A stretch of 64,000 bases of DNA from Candidatus Obscuribacteraceae bacterium (GCA_044358055.1 JBIKOL010000001.1:46499-110498), one strand, 5' to 3'; positions 20,032 to 29,779 are shown, counted from the first letter of the stretch. A program made the numbers and translations. Notes: a model not told the origin generated them from the letters alone.

Positions 20032-20164
20032 CTTAATCTTGGGGCGAGCAACTCTATATGGCTAAATAGTCGGGCTTGTTCTGCATCTTTATGCAGGGCA
20101 TCCGCCTGTTAGCAGTCCCGCAAATCAGTCCGCTGGCAGTCCGAGAGTTCTGCACTGAATTTGT

Positions 20165-20956
20165 TTATTCTCCCCAGTCCAGACCAGCAGGCAAGTTGCA
20201 ACCTGCGTATTCGAAATGGAGGACTCTGCGGTGGCTAGCTTGCTTCGAGGGTTTTGATGAATGCAGCAAAAGAGGTCTCATAAATAGAACATCACCAATT
20301 TTTGCCGGTAATACTACGTGTTTATTGTTTTGAATTTTTTCTTTCTGAAGATCATCGCTCAAACGACCTGAGGAATGAGTACTCGGTATCACTACGAGCG
20401 CACCATTATCTTCAGGGCAATCATCCAGATGAATGCGCGCTGCAAGCATTTGCTCAAGTATTTTTACTGGAGGGCGAACGTGCGGAATTCCGACCTTCTC
20501 TGTCCAGCCATGAAATCCTGCTAGTTCTTTTTTTTCAGAAACCGCTATGACGTTATCTTGATGCCAGCGCAGGTTCCAGTTTGCTTCAGCAGTTTTATCA
20601 AACAGAGTCGCCTTTACAGGACGAGCGTGCTGACCCAAGATTGCGCGGACAACTGGAAAAATGGTTTCTCCAATCGCTGTCTCTCTGACGATAGGAATGC
20701 AATTTAGTATGTTTCTCAAAGCATAGACTTTTCCATCTTTTTTTCTTGCATGAAGGTCTAGATTCGCGTGCTCAATACCCTCCAATAGGAGGATTGCCTT
20801 ATCCTGTGAAATCATTGATTCCCAGAGATAATAACCTAGTGTTTGAATTGTGCTGACGCAAGTTTCTACATTCATGTTTTCTTCCACATATACATCCGCA
20901 TATTTTTGGTCAATCTTGAGTAGAAAATGGGAGCTGCTTAGAGCAGCTCCCATCAT
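20165..20956 (-). CDS. Phytanoyl-CoA dioxygenase (PhyH) family Fe(II)/2-oxoglutarate oxygenase
   Basis: WHQD motif and IPSTHSSG. The track ORF extends to 21070 and overlaps glnN. ATG 20956 lies 20 nt after the glnN stop. Confidence 0.8.
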   Translation of the reverse strand: MMGAALSSSHFLLKIDQKYADVYVEENMNVETCVSTIQTLGYYLWESMISQDKAILLLEGIEHANLDLHARKKDGKVYALRNILNCIPIVRETAIGETIFPVVRAILGQHARPVKATLFDKTAEANWNLRWHQDNVIAVSEKKELAGFHGWTEKVGIPHVRPPVKILEQMLAARIHLDDCPEDNGALVVIPSTHSSGRLSDDLQKEKIQNNKHVVLPAKIGDVLFMRPLLLHSSKPSKQASHRRVLHFEYAGCNLPAGLDWGE

Positions 20957-20975
20957 GATTTTCCGTATTAGCCGT

Positions 20976-23234
20976 TTAGTAGATGTACAACATCTCGCGG
21001 AACTTGGGCAGCGGCCAGAGGGCGTCGTCGACGAGTCCTTCGAGTTCATCTGCTGTGTGGCGAGCGGCATTCATTGCTGGTATCACTTTTTCTTGATAGA
21101 AGCGTGCGTGAGAATGAATGTCTGATTCGCCTTCATTGTCCACTTCGTGGCTGATTGCATCCAGGTGCTCGAGGTTGAGTTTGAGCTTATTGATGCGATC
21201 GGTCACTTCGCGCAGCAATTTCTCTTGCGGTCCCATCTCGATGCCTTGAACTGCAGCCTTGACCTGGGCGATGCTTCCTGCCAGCTTGGATTGATATTCC
21301 ATAGCCGCCGGGAGGATCATGGTGTTGCCCATTGTGACAGTCATCAATGCTTCGATGTTGATTGTTTTGATGTAGCTTTCCAGCATTACGATGTAACGGC
21401 TGCGCAATTCGTCTTCGCTCAAAACATTGAAACGACTGAAAAGTTCGACAGTCTCTTTTGAAACCAGTGTCGGCAGAGCCTCTACTGTGTTCTTCAAGTT
21501 AGGCAAACCGCGCTTGGCTGCTTCTTCGTGCCATTCCTTGGAGTAGTTATCACCGTTGAAGATTACTTTTTGGTTTTCAGTGAGAACTTCTCTGACAACG
21601 ACCTGGACTGCAGCATTCAAATCAGGGAACTTCTTCAAATTCTCCTCGATTTTTCCGCAGATATAATCGAGCGATTCAGCAACCATTGTATTCAACACTG
21701 TGTTAGGCCAGCCAATTGATTGGCTTGCTCCAACAGCGCGGAATTCGAATTTGTTACCGGTGAAAGCAAACGGTGAGGTGCGGTTTCTGTCGGAATCGTC
21801 ACGCGGCAGTTCTGGCAGAGTCGAAACACCAATTTGCAGTTTCACTGATTGTTTCTTGTCTGTGATTGGGTTACCTTTGATGATTGCATCAACCACTTCA
21901 AACAATTTGTCGCCGAGGAAGATGCTCATGATTGCAGGTGGTGCTTCGTTAGCACCAAGTCTGTGATCATTGTGAGCGCTGGCAATACTTGCGCGCAGCA
22001 GTGCACCATATTTGTTGACTGCTCGAATTACTGCGCTTAGAACAAGAAGGAATTGCGTGTTTTCAAATGGTGTGCGACCTGGCTCGAGCAGATTGTTGCC
22101 TTGATCGTCAGCAAGTGACCAGTTGTTGTGCTTACCGCTTCCGTTGACTCCTGTGAATGGCTTCTCGTGGAACAGGCAGCGGAAGCCATGCTTCTGTGCT
22201 GTTTTCTTGAAGACTTCCATAAGCACCATATTGTGGTCTGTCGCGATGTTGCTGGTTTCGAAAACTGGAGCAACTTCGAACTGTGCCGGAGCAACTTCGT
22301 TGTGTCTGGTTTTAACCGGAACGCCGAGTTTGTAGAGTTCGAGTTCTGCATCCATCATGAAGGAGAGAACGCGTTCTTTTATAGAGCCCCAGTAGTGATC
22401 TTCCATTTCCTGGCCTTTAGGCGGGCGAGCACCAAATAGTGTGCGACCGCAGTTAATCAGGTCTGGTCTCAAAAGATAGAAGGCTTCGTCAACCAGGAAG
22501 TATTCTTGTTCTGGACCAACCGTGCAGACAACGCGTTGCGCGCTTTCATTGCCCAGCAGGCGCAGCAAGCGCAAGCCCTGTTTGTTGATTGCATCGAGCG
22601 AACGAAGAAGTGGTGTTTTCTTATCGAGAGCATGTCCGCTGTACGAGCAAAATACTGTTGGGATACAAAGTGTTTTGCCGTTGATGCTCTCCATGATGAA
22701 CGCCGGGCTTGTGGCATCCCATCCGGTATATCCGCGTGCTTCGAATGTTGAGCGAATTCCGCCTGAAGGGAAGCTGGATGCATCCGGCTCGCCCTGGATA
22801 AGCACTTTGCCTGAGAATTCGAGCAAGGCACCATCATCACCAGCTGATACCAGGAAAGCATCGTGCTTTTCGGCAGTGAGGCCGGTCATGGGCATGAACC
22901 AGTGCGTAAAGTGAGTTGCGCCATGTCCTATCGCCCAGTCCTTCATGGCGTTAGCCACGACATCGGCTAGCGAGGGATCAAGGCTCTCTCCGTAGTCGAG
23001 GCAGCGAACCACTGCTTTATATACTGCTTTGGGCAGCAGTTGGCGCATGGTCTGTCGATTGAACACATTTGCACCGAACAGATCCTGAATTGGGTGCTTG
23101 CTTGCATCAACTGAAGCCTTCACCGGCTGCCGTTCTTGAATTTTGTGCAGGGCACTGTTTCTGCCTGAGCTGTTGTTTCCATTGCTTGTTGTCGTGTGCA
23201 TCGTTGTTGCCTTGTTTGCCAGTGAGTTGCTCAT
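20976..23234 (-). CDS. glnN: Glutamine synthetase type III
   Basis: 752 aa. Conserved N-terminal GATHFTHWFMPMTG and catalytic core NGSGKHNNWS, typical of GlnN. Confidence 0.93.
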   Translation of the reverse strand: MSNSLANKATTMHTTTSNGNNSSGRNSALHKIQERQPVKASVDASKHPIQDLFGANVFNRQTMRQLLPKAVYKAVVRCLDYGESLDPSLADVVANAMKDWAIGHGATHFTHWFMPMTGLTAEKHDAFLVSAGDDGALLEFSGKVLIQGEPDASSFPSGGIRSTFEARGYTGWDATSPAFIMESINGKTLCIPTVFCSYSGHALDKKTPLLRSLDAINKQGLRLLRLLGNESAQRVVCTVGPEQEYFLVDEAFYLLRPDLINCGRTLFGARPPKGQEMEDHYWGSIKERVLSFMMDAELELYKLGVPVKTRHNEVAPAQFEVAPVFETSNIATDHNMVLMEVFKKTAQKHGFRCLFHEKPFTGVNGSGKHNNWSLADDQGNNLLEPGRTPFENTQFLLVLSAVIRAVNKYGALLRASIASAHNDHRLGANEAPPAIMSIFLGDKLFEVVDAIIKGNPITDKKQSVKLQIGVSTLPELPRDDSDRNRTSPFAFTGNKFEFRAVGASQSIGWPNTVLNTMVAESLDYICGKIEENLKKFPDLNAAVQVVVREVLTENQKVIFNGDNYSKEWHEEAAKRGLPNLKNTVEALPTLVSKETVELFSRFNVLSEDELRSRYIVMLESYIKTINIEALMTVTMGNTMILPAAMEYQSKLAGSIAQVKAAVQGIEMGPQEKLLREVTDRINKLKLNLEHLDAISHEVDNEGESDIHSHARFYQEKVIPAMNAARHTADELEGLVDDALWPLPKFREMLYIY

Positions 23235-23253
23235 GTCCTTGAATTACCCCCTT

Positions 23254-23685
23254 TTATGCTCCCATTGCTTTGAGAATCACTCGTTTCTTTCTCTTTCCAT
23301 CAAACTCTGCGTAAAAGATTTGCTCCCATGGACCCAGGTCCAGCTTCCCATTTGTGATTGGAATCGTCACCTGGTGATTGATTAGAATGCGCTTGAGGTG
23401 CGCATCTCCGTTTGTTTCGCCTGTATTGTGATGCTTGTAATCGGGACGCTCCGGTGCTAGCTTTTCGAGCCATTCATCGATGTCTTCGATGAGCCCTTCT
23501 TCCCAATCATTCACATAGACTCCAGCCGTGATGTGCATTGCCGAAACCAGAACGAATCCCTCACGAATCTCGCTCTCATCGACCATCTTCTGCACTTCGT
23601 CGGTGATGCGTATATACTCTCTTGTCTTCGTTGTATTGAACCAGAGATATTTGGTATGTGTCTTAAGTCCTTCGGAGACTTTCAT
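23254..23685 (-). CDS. yjbQ: YjbQ/UPF0047 family protein (secondary thiamine-phosphate synthase-like)
   Basis: ITDEV..., [49 protein letters not shown] family pattern. Its stop lies 19 nt upstream of the glnN start. Confidence 0.85.
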   Translation of the reverse strand: MKVSEGLKTHTKYLWFNTTKTREYIRITDEVQKMVDESEIREGFVLVSAMHITAGVYVNDWEEGLIEDIDEWLEKLAPERPDYKHHNTGETNGDAHLKRILINHQVTIPITNGKLDLGPWEQIFYAEFDGKRKKRVILKAMGA

Positions 23686-23847
23686 ATTTGGGCGCCGGCT
23701 CCTTTATAGGATTGTTGAGTTAATCAAGGATGCCATCCATTAAAAGCGTCCCGGCGGCTTCTTCTTGCAAAGAAGTCGTCAGTTTAAGTTGCATGCGAGA
23801 CAGTGTACAGCCTAAACGCAGTTTCTACATTTAATTGCTGATTTTGA

Positions 23848-25158
23848 TTAACCGCCGTGCGGATGGGCGAGTTCCCAGAGAAGTTCGCCCATGCCGGGTT
23901 TTGCGAGGGCTTCGGCGCCGCTCGGAATCCCGTTAATGTTAAGACGACCATTCCATTTTGATAGATTCTTTACGGTAGAGGCGAAGTCGAGTGGCTGTAC
24001 TGCTCTGGTTTCCATTCGATTTGCAAAACCATTCCATTGCATATCTACTCGTACAGCAAGCTGTTTTGAGGGATCCACCACAAGCGCTTTAAAAGCCTGA
24101 GAATGAAAGGCCTCTGCCTCACTGGCAAGTGCCGCCGTATCCACAGCTTTGCTCTGGGCCGATTTAATCATGGCGCTGAGTCGCTCCGCTTCTCTTCCCG
24201 TGCCCTCATAGAAGGTTAGCAGTCCACGCTCTGGCACCCCTATAATCCCCGTTCCGTAAACCGAATTGAAGTCCCCACTTGTCGGGAGCAGCGCTTTTTC
24301 GTGCGTGTGGAACATCGTCTCAGTGCGCTGTCCCATCACAGTTTCAAACCGTTCGGAAGAAATTCTAGAGCCTAGTTTGATGGAACTCTCTCCTGCTTTC
24401 AGGAAACGCCCGTCTTCGACTCCACGCCAGGGAGTGGCTTTCATCGCCTCTTCGCCTGCTTTTAGTATATTTAGTTCTCCATTTGCTCCGATATTTCCTA
24501 CACGTTTTGCATCAAATCCGAGATAGTGAAAATCTTGCGGAATAGCCTGCCTGAGCTTATATTCACCACTATTGCGGACTGCCACTGCAATAGAATCAAG
24601 TGCTGTAACTTTGGGTGAAAGAAGTGCTCCGCTAGCCGTTCCTGCAATAAATGAAGGTGTTGTTTCGATAAAGTCCGCGGAGAATTTTGCCAGGGAATTA
24701 ATCGCTCGAGTGGACAGTTGTCTTTGTTCTTCAGCGGTTCTGGCTGATGCTGACTCAGCAGTGAATGAAGCTGCGCTGCCGAGCATGTACGCTGATGTGC
24801 CGATCCCAGCCCCAGCAAGGAGCGTTTTTGCAAGAACCGGTGAGCGCGCGAGAAGTAGCGAGGCTCCAAATCCGAATGCTGCAGACTCACCTAGTTTTAA
24901 GAGGGTCGAGCCTGTATGGTTTACGCAATCATCTTTGAGCTTCGAAGCTATTGCAGACGGCAGCTCTGGAAGTATTTGCGCGTAAACTGAACCGATGTTA
25001 TTTAAGCTTTGCTGTGGAGTGGTCTCGTCAGAGTTGAGAAGATCGGCGTTTCGCTGGCGATCAGCTTGCTGCGCAAGGCTAAGCAGAGACAGGCTGCTGC
25101 TTCCAGCATCTGCAGGATGTAACTTTTGGTCTAAATTAAATCCATCCCCGGAGGGCAT
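23848..25158 (-). CDS. Hypothetical protein with Gly/Ala-rich hydrophobic segment and a JAB/MPN-like HxH..S/T..D motif
   Basis: The track ORF starts at GTG 25173. ATG 25158 has GGAG 7 nt upstream. FHTHEKALLPTSGDF is encoded at 24271..24309. Confidence 0.65.
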   Translation of the reverse strand: MPSGDGFNLDQKLHPADAGSSSLSLLSLAQQADRQRNADLLNSDETTPQQSLNNIGSVYAQILPELPSAIASKLKDDCVNHTGSTLLKLGESAAFGFGASLLLARSPVLAKTLLAGAGIGTSAYMLGSAASFTAESASARTAEEQRQLSTRAINSLAKFSADFIETTPSFIAGTASGALLSPKVTALDSIAVAVRNSGEYKLRQAIPQDFHYLGFDAKRVGNIGANGELNILKAGEEAMKATPWRGVEDGRFLKAGESSIKLGSRISSERFETVMGQRTETMFHTHEKALLPTSGDFNSVYGTGIIGVPERGLLTFYEGTGREAERLSAMIKSAQSKAVDTAALASEAEAFHSQAFKALVVDPSKQLAVRVDMQWNGFANRMETRAVQPLDFASTVKNLSKWNGRLNINGIPSGAEALAKPGMGELLWELAHPHGG

Positions 25159-25272
25159 ACCGAAGCTCCACACACCGTCTCAATCATATGGGGGCGAGGC
25201 TTTCCGGTCATTGGGGAAAGTACGGGGGAGAGGGCAGCGATTGAGCGTGCGCGGTGGCTGCACGATTGCTTG

Positions 25273-25333
25273 GGGGCCTCACTGGCGCCCTTTGGGTCCG
25301 GATAAATATCTAAACGGGCGCCCATGAGGCGCC
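25273..25333. repeat. Family 2 inverted pair (BIME-like), imperfect
   Basis: ggggcctcactggcgccc (25273..25290) and gggcgcccatgaggcgcc (25316..25333), followed by tctatcaatt. Confidence 0.75.
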
Positions 25334-25439
25334 TCTATCAATTTGGAGCGGTTTGCAAAAACAGGAGCTTCCAAAAATCTATATCATCGATATAATCGAG
25401 GAAAAATTTCTCGATTTTCTGTTCGGGGTCTGATATTCA

Positions 25440-26453
25440 ATGCTTCACAAAACGCGCCTGGCAAGCGGGTTACTGGCATCTGCGCTGCTTTCAGCCATTT
25501 GCTCAGTTAGCATAAGTTCCTTTGCAAGCGGTGCCGAATATGGTGCCCGGACTGGTGCCGCTGGTGGTGTCACTAATGATCTGATGTCAAAAACGCCTGA
25601 TAAAATGCCTGCAAGCGTTAGCGGCTTCGACGATGAGTGGAAGAGAGCAGCTAAACGAACAGAAGCCAGGGCAAAGTGGGAAGAAATCGCCGGCTGGAAA
25701 ATGATAGTCCACGTATCACTGCAGAGTGAGTTGAACAGCGCCTCTTGCAAGCCGGGAGACCCAGTCTGGGGATTGTTGGATGACGATCTTAAATGGGGAG
25801 CCAAATTAATTGCCGCTCGCAATTCGCTGGTGAAAGGGCATATTGTGCTCGTTCGGCCAAGTCGGACTCTTGCAAAGGCAATCATAAGTTCGGAACGGAG
25901 ACTGAGAACTGAGGGTAGCATTACTATTAAATTCGATCAGATAGAAGATCCGGTGAATGGAACAAGCTGGCCTATCGATGGCAAAATTTGCCGATGGGAT
26001 AATATTGTGAGCACTACTGGTGGTGGCTGGCGCCAGATTGAAGTTGATAAACAAGGGCGGATACTTAAAGCTGGACCGTCACTTTCTCGGGCAGAGCAAG
26101 AAGCATTCTTTATTGCAAGGGTTGCCACTTTTGCGCCCATTCCAGGCAGTATGTGGTTGGATCTTGCGCTGATGCCTGTTGCAATGGGTATCGCTGGCGC
26201 GGCATATCCAAGTTTTGTTTATGAGAAGCCAGTCAATTTGAAAGAGAAAAATTTTAGAGAGAAAGCTTTTGCCTATGGATTTGTAACCAATTTGCCGGGC
26301 GCAGCTGTGGTTGAGGCCTGTGTGCAGAAGGGCCAAAATTCAGATATCCGCTGTGGCGATCAAATCGCCATTGATTTGACGTTCAAAGAGAACCCTTATT
26401 ACGCAAGCACTGTCAGCGTGGTTACATCGCCTGCACGGCAGAGCCCGTATTAG
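25440..26453 (+). CDS. Exported hypothetical protein
   Basis: ATG ORF of 337 aa. Signal-like LLASALLSAICSVSISSFASGA. No recognised domain. Confidence 0.65.
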   Translation: MLHKTRLASGLLASALLSAICSVSISSFASGAEYGARTGAAGGVTNDLMSKTPDKMPASVSGFDDEWKRAAKRTEARAKWEEIAGWKMIVHVSLQSELNSASCKPGDPVWGLLDDDLKWGAKLIAARNSLVKGHIVLVRPSRTLAKAIISSERRLRTEGSITIKFDQIEDPVNGTSWPIDGKICRWDNIVSTTGGGWRQIEVDKQGRILKAGPSLSRAEQEAFFIARVATFAPIPGSMWLDLALMPVAMGIAGAAYPSFVYEKPVNLKEKNFREKAFAYGFVTNLPGAAVVEACVQKGQNSDIRCGDQIAIDLTFKENPYYASTVSVVTSPARQSPY

Positions 26454-27627
26454 CCGTCTGCAGTTTTGCTAAGGCTTCTTTAGCATCTGCCAATTGAGGA
26501 TCGAGGGAAAGTGCCTTTGTGTACGCCTCAACGGCCTGTGATTTATCACCCTGCTTTTCGAAGAGTCTTCCCAGATGTGCCCAGAGGTTGGCATGTTTGG
26601 GGCTCAATCCAAGAGCAGTTTGCATTTCTTTGCTAGCAGTTTGTAAATCGCCATCAGACTCTGCCATCCAGCTTAAATCAACGTGATAGGCGGCAGCTTT
26701 CGGCTGGGTTTTTACAGCTTCTTCCATTTCCTTTTTTGCAGCATCGACCTTTCCATTCTTCGCCAACAAGTAGGCGAGATCGGCTCTAGATGAACCGTCG
26801 GAAGGCGCAAGATCAAACGTTTGCTTGTAGTGCTCTTCAGCTTTTTCGAAATTGCCAATATTGCCGTAGGCATAAGCCAGCGAGCGTTGAACAGCAAAAT
26901 CTGTTGGCACCAGGTTTGCCGCAAGTTCAAGTTCATTCACCACTTTGGGCCATGCTTCTTGTCTTGCGTATACCAAACCTTTCTTGTAGTGCTTGATCAT
27001 GCCGTCTTCTTTGAGCTTATTCCCTTCAGATTCGGTCATGGGGACAGGATCGCCCAGTCCGACAGTCATCATGAATTCAGCTATGCACCGGCCTACATTG
27101 AAGCGAAGCATTGAAAGAACGCAAAGGTCGCGGTGAGCAACTTGCATTTCGGGCCAGTTGAGCACTGCCAGATCAAGTTCAGTTTCGGTCAGATCTATAT
27201 CGTTTTGTTTGTAATATTGTTTAGAGAGATTCCAGTGAAAAATCGCACTGTCATGCTGTTTTTCGATGTTCGCTTCCTCTTCTTCCATTTTTAATTGAAC
27301 GGATTTCTCGAGAGCTGCTTCCTTTGCTTCTTCACTGCTTAACTCTTGGGTGCTTTGTTTGCTGTCTTCCGCCGATGTGCTTTCAGCGCTTTCGCCAGTC
27401 GCTGCCGCCGCTTCTTTCACAGCATGCGTAGCTTCAGTACCTTTGTTCTCCCCGGCGGCTTTGCCTTTATCATTTGAATTCACTATAGACTCTGACGAAT
27501 TTTTCTTGGGCGAAGCTTGCGTGGATGGTGGGTTGCTGCTCGCCCACTGACCGCAGAGCAGCGACAGAAACAGCGACAAAGCTAGTGCTTTTTTCTCTGA
27601 AGAACAGATGTTGCGACTTGCGATCAT
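26422..27627 (-). CDS. Exported TPR-repeat protein with Glu/Ser/Ala-rich linker
   Basis: Signal-like ALALSLFLSLLCGQWASS. C-terminal TPRs (AYAYGNIGNFEKAEEHYKQTFDLAPSD, AHLGRLFEKQGDKSQAVEAYTKALSLDP). Confidence 0.8.
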   Translation of the reverse strand: MIASRNICSSEKKALALSLFLSLLCGQWASSNPPSTQASPKKNSSESIVNSNDKGKAAGENKGTEATHAVKEAAAATGESAESTSAEDSKQSTQELSSEEAKEAALEKSVQLKMEEEEANIEKQHDSAIFHWNLSKQYYKQNDIDLTETELDLAVLNWPEMQVAHRDLCVLSMLRFNVGRCIAEFMMTVGLGDPVPMTESEGNKLKEDGMIKHYKKGLVYARQEAWPKVVNELELAANLVPTDFAVQRSLAYAYGNIGNFEKAEEHYKQTFDLAPSDGSSRADLAYLLAKNGKVDAAKKEMEEAVKTQPKAAAYHVDLSWMAESDGDLQTASKEMQTALGLSPKHANLWAHLGRLFEKQGDKSQAVEAYTKALSLDPQLADAKEALAKLQTANTGSAVQAM

Positions 27628-27822
27628 GCAAATCCCTCGGCTGGATACTAGAACATTATGCCATTAACCTGAACTCAGGTCCAAAGCATTTACTATTGAT
27701 CTTAATCAGGTTTTTCCCTAGTAGACAAAGATTTGGACCAAATGAATCTTTTTCCTACAGTCGCTCAAAACCCCGCCGGAACCGGAAAAAGACAAAAGCC
27801 CGTTGGATTTCTCAGTTCTTTA

Positions 27823-28680
27823 TTAGATTGAAACTAGAGAAATGTCATGCTGGTTACAGAACTCAACCATTTCTTCTTGTTCAACTACCATAGTTTCGTT
27901 GGCCTCGACAGCCAGCACTCCGCCGGCTGTGGGTGCAAGCATTGCGTTTAGCGTGTTCATTCCAACCGTCGGAATGTCGAAGCGCTGGTCTTGCCCGGGT
28001 TTTGCAACTTTTACGACAACAACAGGAGCTTTGGCAAGCTCAACAGCGCGCTTGATGCATTTGTCGGTGCCTTCAATTGCTTCGATAGCGACAATCATTT
28101 GGTCTCGAACCACGACTGTTTGGCCGATATCGAGCTTTGCGATGTCCTTGGCTATGCGCTTTCCGAACTGAATGTCGGCGTACTCTTGAGCCGTTGGCTG
28201 CCTTTTGGACAGCACTCCAACATCGGGGAAGAGTTCCGTCAAAAACTCAGATTGTGTTCTTACTTTCAGCCCATTGCGCTCGACTATGTCGCCCATGGCT
28301 TTCTGAATAGTATCGTCGTTCAAATCGGACAATTTGCTCAACTCTCGAACTGCTATCCAGTCGAGCTTCATTATGTTCTTGAGCAAATCCATTTTTGGTA
28401 CACGCCCAACGAAAACAAGTTCTTTTACATTCTCTTGTTGCAGAAGCTTGAGATTTCGCCCGAGCTGTCCGGGAAAAATCTGAAATGTCTTAATGCAGTG
28501 AGCTTCAACTCGGGCCTGTGCTTCTTCACTCAGGCAGAGGGCGACAACCTTGTAACCGTTCTCTTTGGCGTTTTTTGCCAAAATTCCGGGCAATTTGCCT
28601 TGACCCGCAACGAGTCCTAAAAGGGCGCCATTTCCGGGCGGAGCCGCAGCTTTCCTTGGGCTTACACTTGTTGACGTCAC
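27823..28680 (-). CDS. lpxI: UDP-2,3-diacylglucosamine pyrophosphatase LpxI (DUF1009)
   Basis: LGLVAGQGKLP N-terminus and DIGQTVVVRDQMIVAIEAIEGTDKCI ... KPGQDQRFDIPTVG pattern. GTG start. Confidence 0.85.
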   Translation of the reverse strand: MTSTSVSPRKAAAPPGNGALLGLVAGQGKLPGILAKNAKENGYKVVALCLSEEAQARVEAHCIKTFQIFPGQLGRNLKLLQQENVKELVFVGRVPKMDLLKNIMKLDWIAVRELSKLSDLNDDTIQKAMGDIVERNGLKVRTQSEFLTELFPDVGVLSKRQPTAQEYADIQFGKRIAKDIAKLDIGQTVVVRDQMIVAIEAIEGTDKCIKRAVELAKAPVVVVKVAKPGQDQRFDIPTVGMNTLNAMLAPTAGGVLAVEANETMVVEQEEMVEFCNQHDISLVSI

Positions 28681-28775
28681 GGTTAGAGATCCTAACAGGG
28701 GTTACACGGATGCCAAGTCTAGCATTTCTTGCATGCTTCCTTCCCCGAGCTGTTTCTAATCAAAATGGAGCGATC

Positions 28776-28804
28776 TTGACATGACTGCCGCAACTGACTT
28801 AGAT
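28776..28804 (+). promoter_or_regulatory. Sigma70-type promoter candidate for 28864..29412
   Basis: TTGACA, 17-nt spacer, TTAGAT. Confidence 0.45.
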
Positions 28805-28863
28805 TGTACTAATGTATCTCCGGATTGAGTAGAATTAGAAGAGCATCAAAACAGGAGCCTTCG

Positions 28864-29412
28864 ATGAATAAATTGTATTGCGTGCTTAGTTCAATGACGC
28901 TGCTTTTCTGTGTGAGTGCTCCAGCGTTTGCTCAATCCGGACGGAATGATAATCCGAACTTGCGCAATTTTTATATGGCTCGCCAGCAGATACAAATCAC
29001 TGATGATGCTCCGGCAGTTAACGATATGCGCACCAATCCTGCTGCCGCAGGCGCGCAGGCACCGGCACCGACGGCTCCTCAAGCCCTGCCCCGAGCCGGA
29101 TTCAATAGTTATATGTCAGGTCTGGCGGGTGGAGGAGGCGGACGTGGATTGCCTGAAGTAGGTGGTGGCGTGCCAAAACTTCCTGCTGCCGGTCCGAATC
29201 TAACAGGACGAAGCGCCGGCAATCCTGGAAAGCTGAAAGCAAAAAATGCGACTGCATCTATTCCTGCGGCAGGCAAAGCGCCAGTCACCGCAAAAGCATA
29301 TAAACCCTATGCCACCACCAGCAGTGGTGCTGGCTCGGGCGCCTCGACATATAGCAGCACAAATGTGCAGGGTAGCGTTCTGCACTGGAATAAGAAGAAA
29401 CCAGGCTACTAA
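28864..29412 (+). CDS. Exported Pro/Ala/Gly-rich low-complexity protein
   Basis: AGGAG then ATG 28864. Signal peptide LSSMTLLFCVSAPAFAQ. An intrinsic terminator follows. Confidence 0.7.
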   Translation: MNKLYCVLSSMTLLFCVSAPAFAQSGRNDNPNLRNFYMARQQIQITDDAPAVNDMRTNPAAAGAQAPAPTAPQALPRAGFNSYMSGLAGGGGGRGLPEVGGGVPKLPAAGPNLTGRSAGNPGKLKAKNATASIPAAGKAPVTAKAYKPYATTSSGAGSGASTYSSTNVQGSVLHWNKKKPGY

Positions 29413-29462
29413 TCAAGCTGCTGACTGCTTTAATCAGACTACTAATAGAACAGAAAGCAATA

Positions 29463-29495
29463 GAGGAGCGCTGTGTTGGCGCTCCTTTTCTTATT
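29463..29495 (+). terminator. Intrinsic terminator after 28864..29412
   Basis: aggagcgc / gcgctcct stem followed by ttttcttattg. Confidence 0.7.
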
Positions 29496-29542
29496 GTCTT
29501 TTCTTGAGCATCACTGAAGACCCGCTTCAGTCGCGCCTATCC

Positions 29543-29779
29543 TCAACAGGGTTGATCGCCGTTTGATTTATCCGTAATTTGAAAATTGCTTCCAGTGAGT
29601 TTGGACATTTCTGCGCGGTCCGCAGCTCTCTGATTGGCCTGAGCCGTATCATCTTTTGCAGTGCTCTGCTGGCTTTCTGCAGCCATCTGAGCTTGAACTT
29701 TGCTGTCGTTGCTTTCTTTGATGGACTCGCCACCAGATTTACTTGTATTGTCAAAAGCCATGTCTTCCTGCTTCTCCAT
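29543..29779 (-). CDS. Possible small hydrophilic (D/E/K/Q/S-rich) protein
   Basis: 78-aa ORF in an otherwise empty 0.45-kb gap. No convincing SD at the first ATG, but AGGA precedes the second ATG. Low-complexity composition. Confidence 0.35.
   Translation of the reverse strand: MEKQEDMAFDNTSKSGGESIKESNDSKVQAQMAAESQQSTAKDDTAQANQRAADRAEMSKLTGSNFQITDKSNGDQPC

Noticed and set aside
23235-23253. Glutamine riboswitch or leader upstream of glnN
   Set aside because: Only 19 nt separate glnN from the upstream yjbQ-family gene, so there is no room for a structured leader.
27991-28620. 209-aa plus-strand ORF
   Set aside because: It is antisense to lpxI, whose translation carries clear family motifs. 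The shadow ORF has none.
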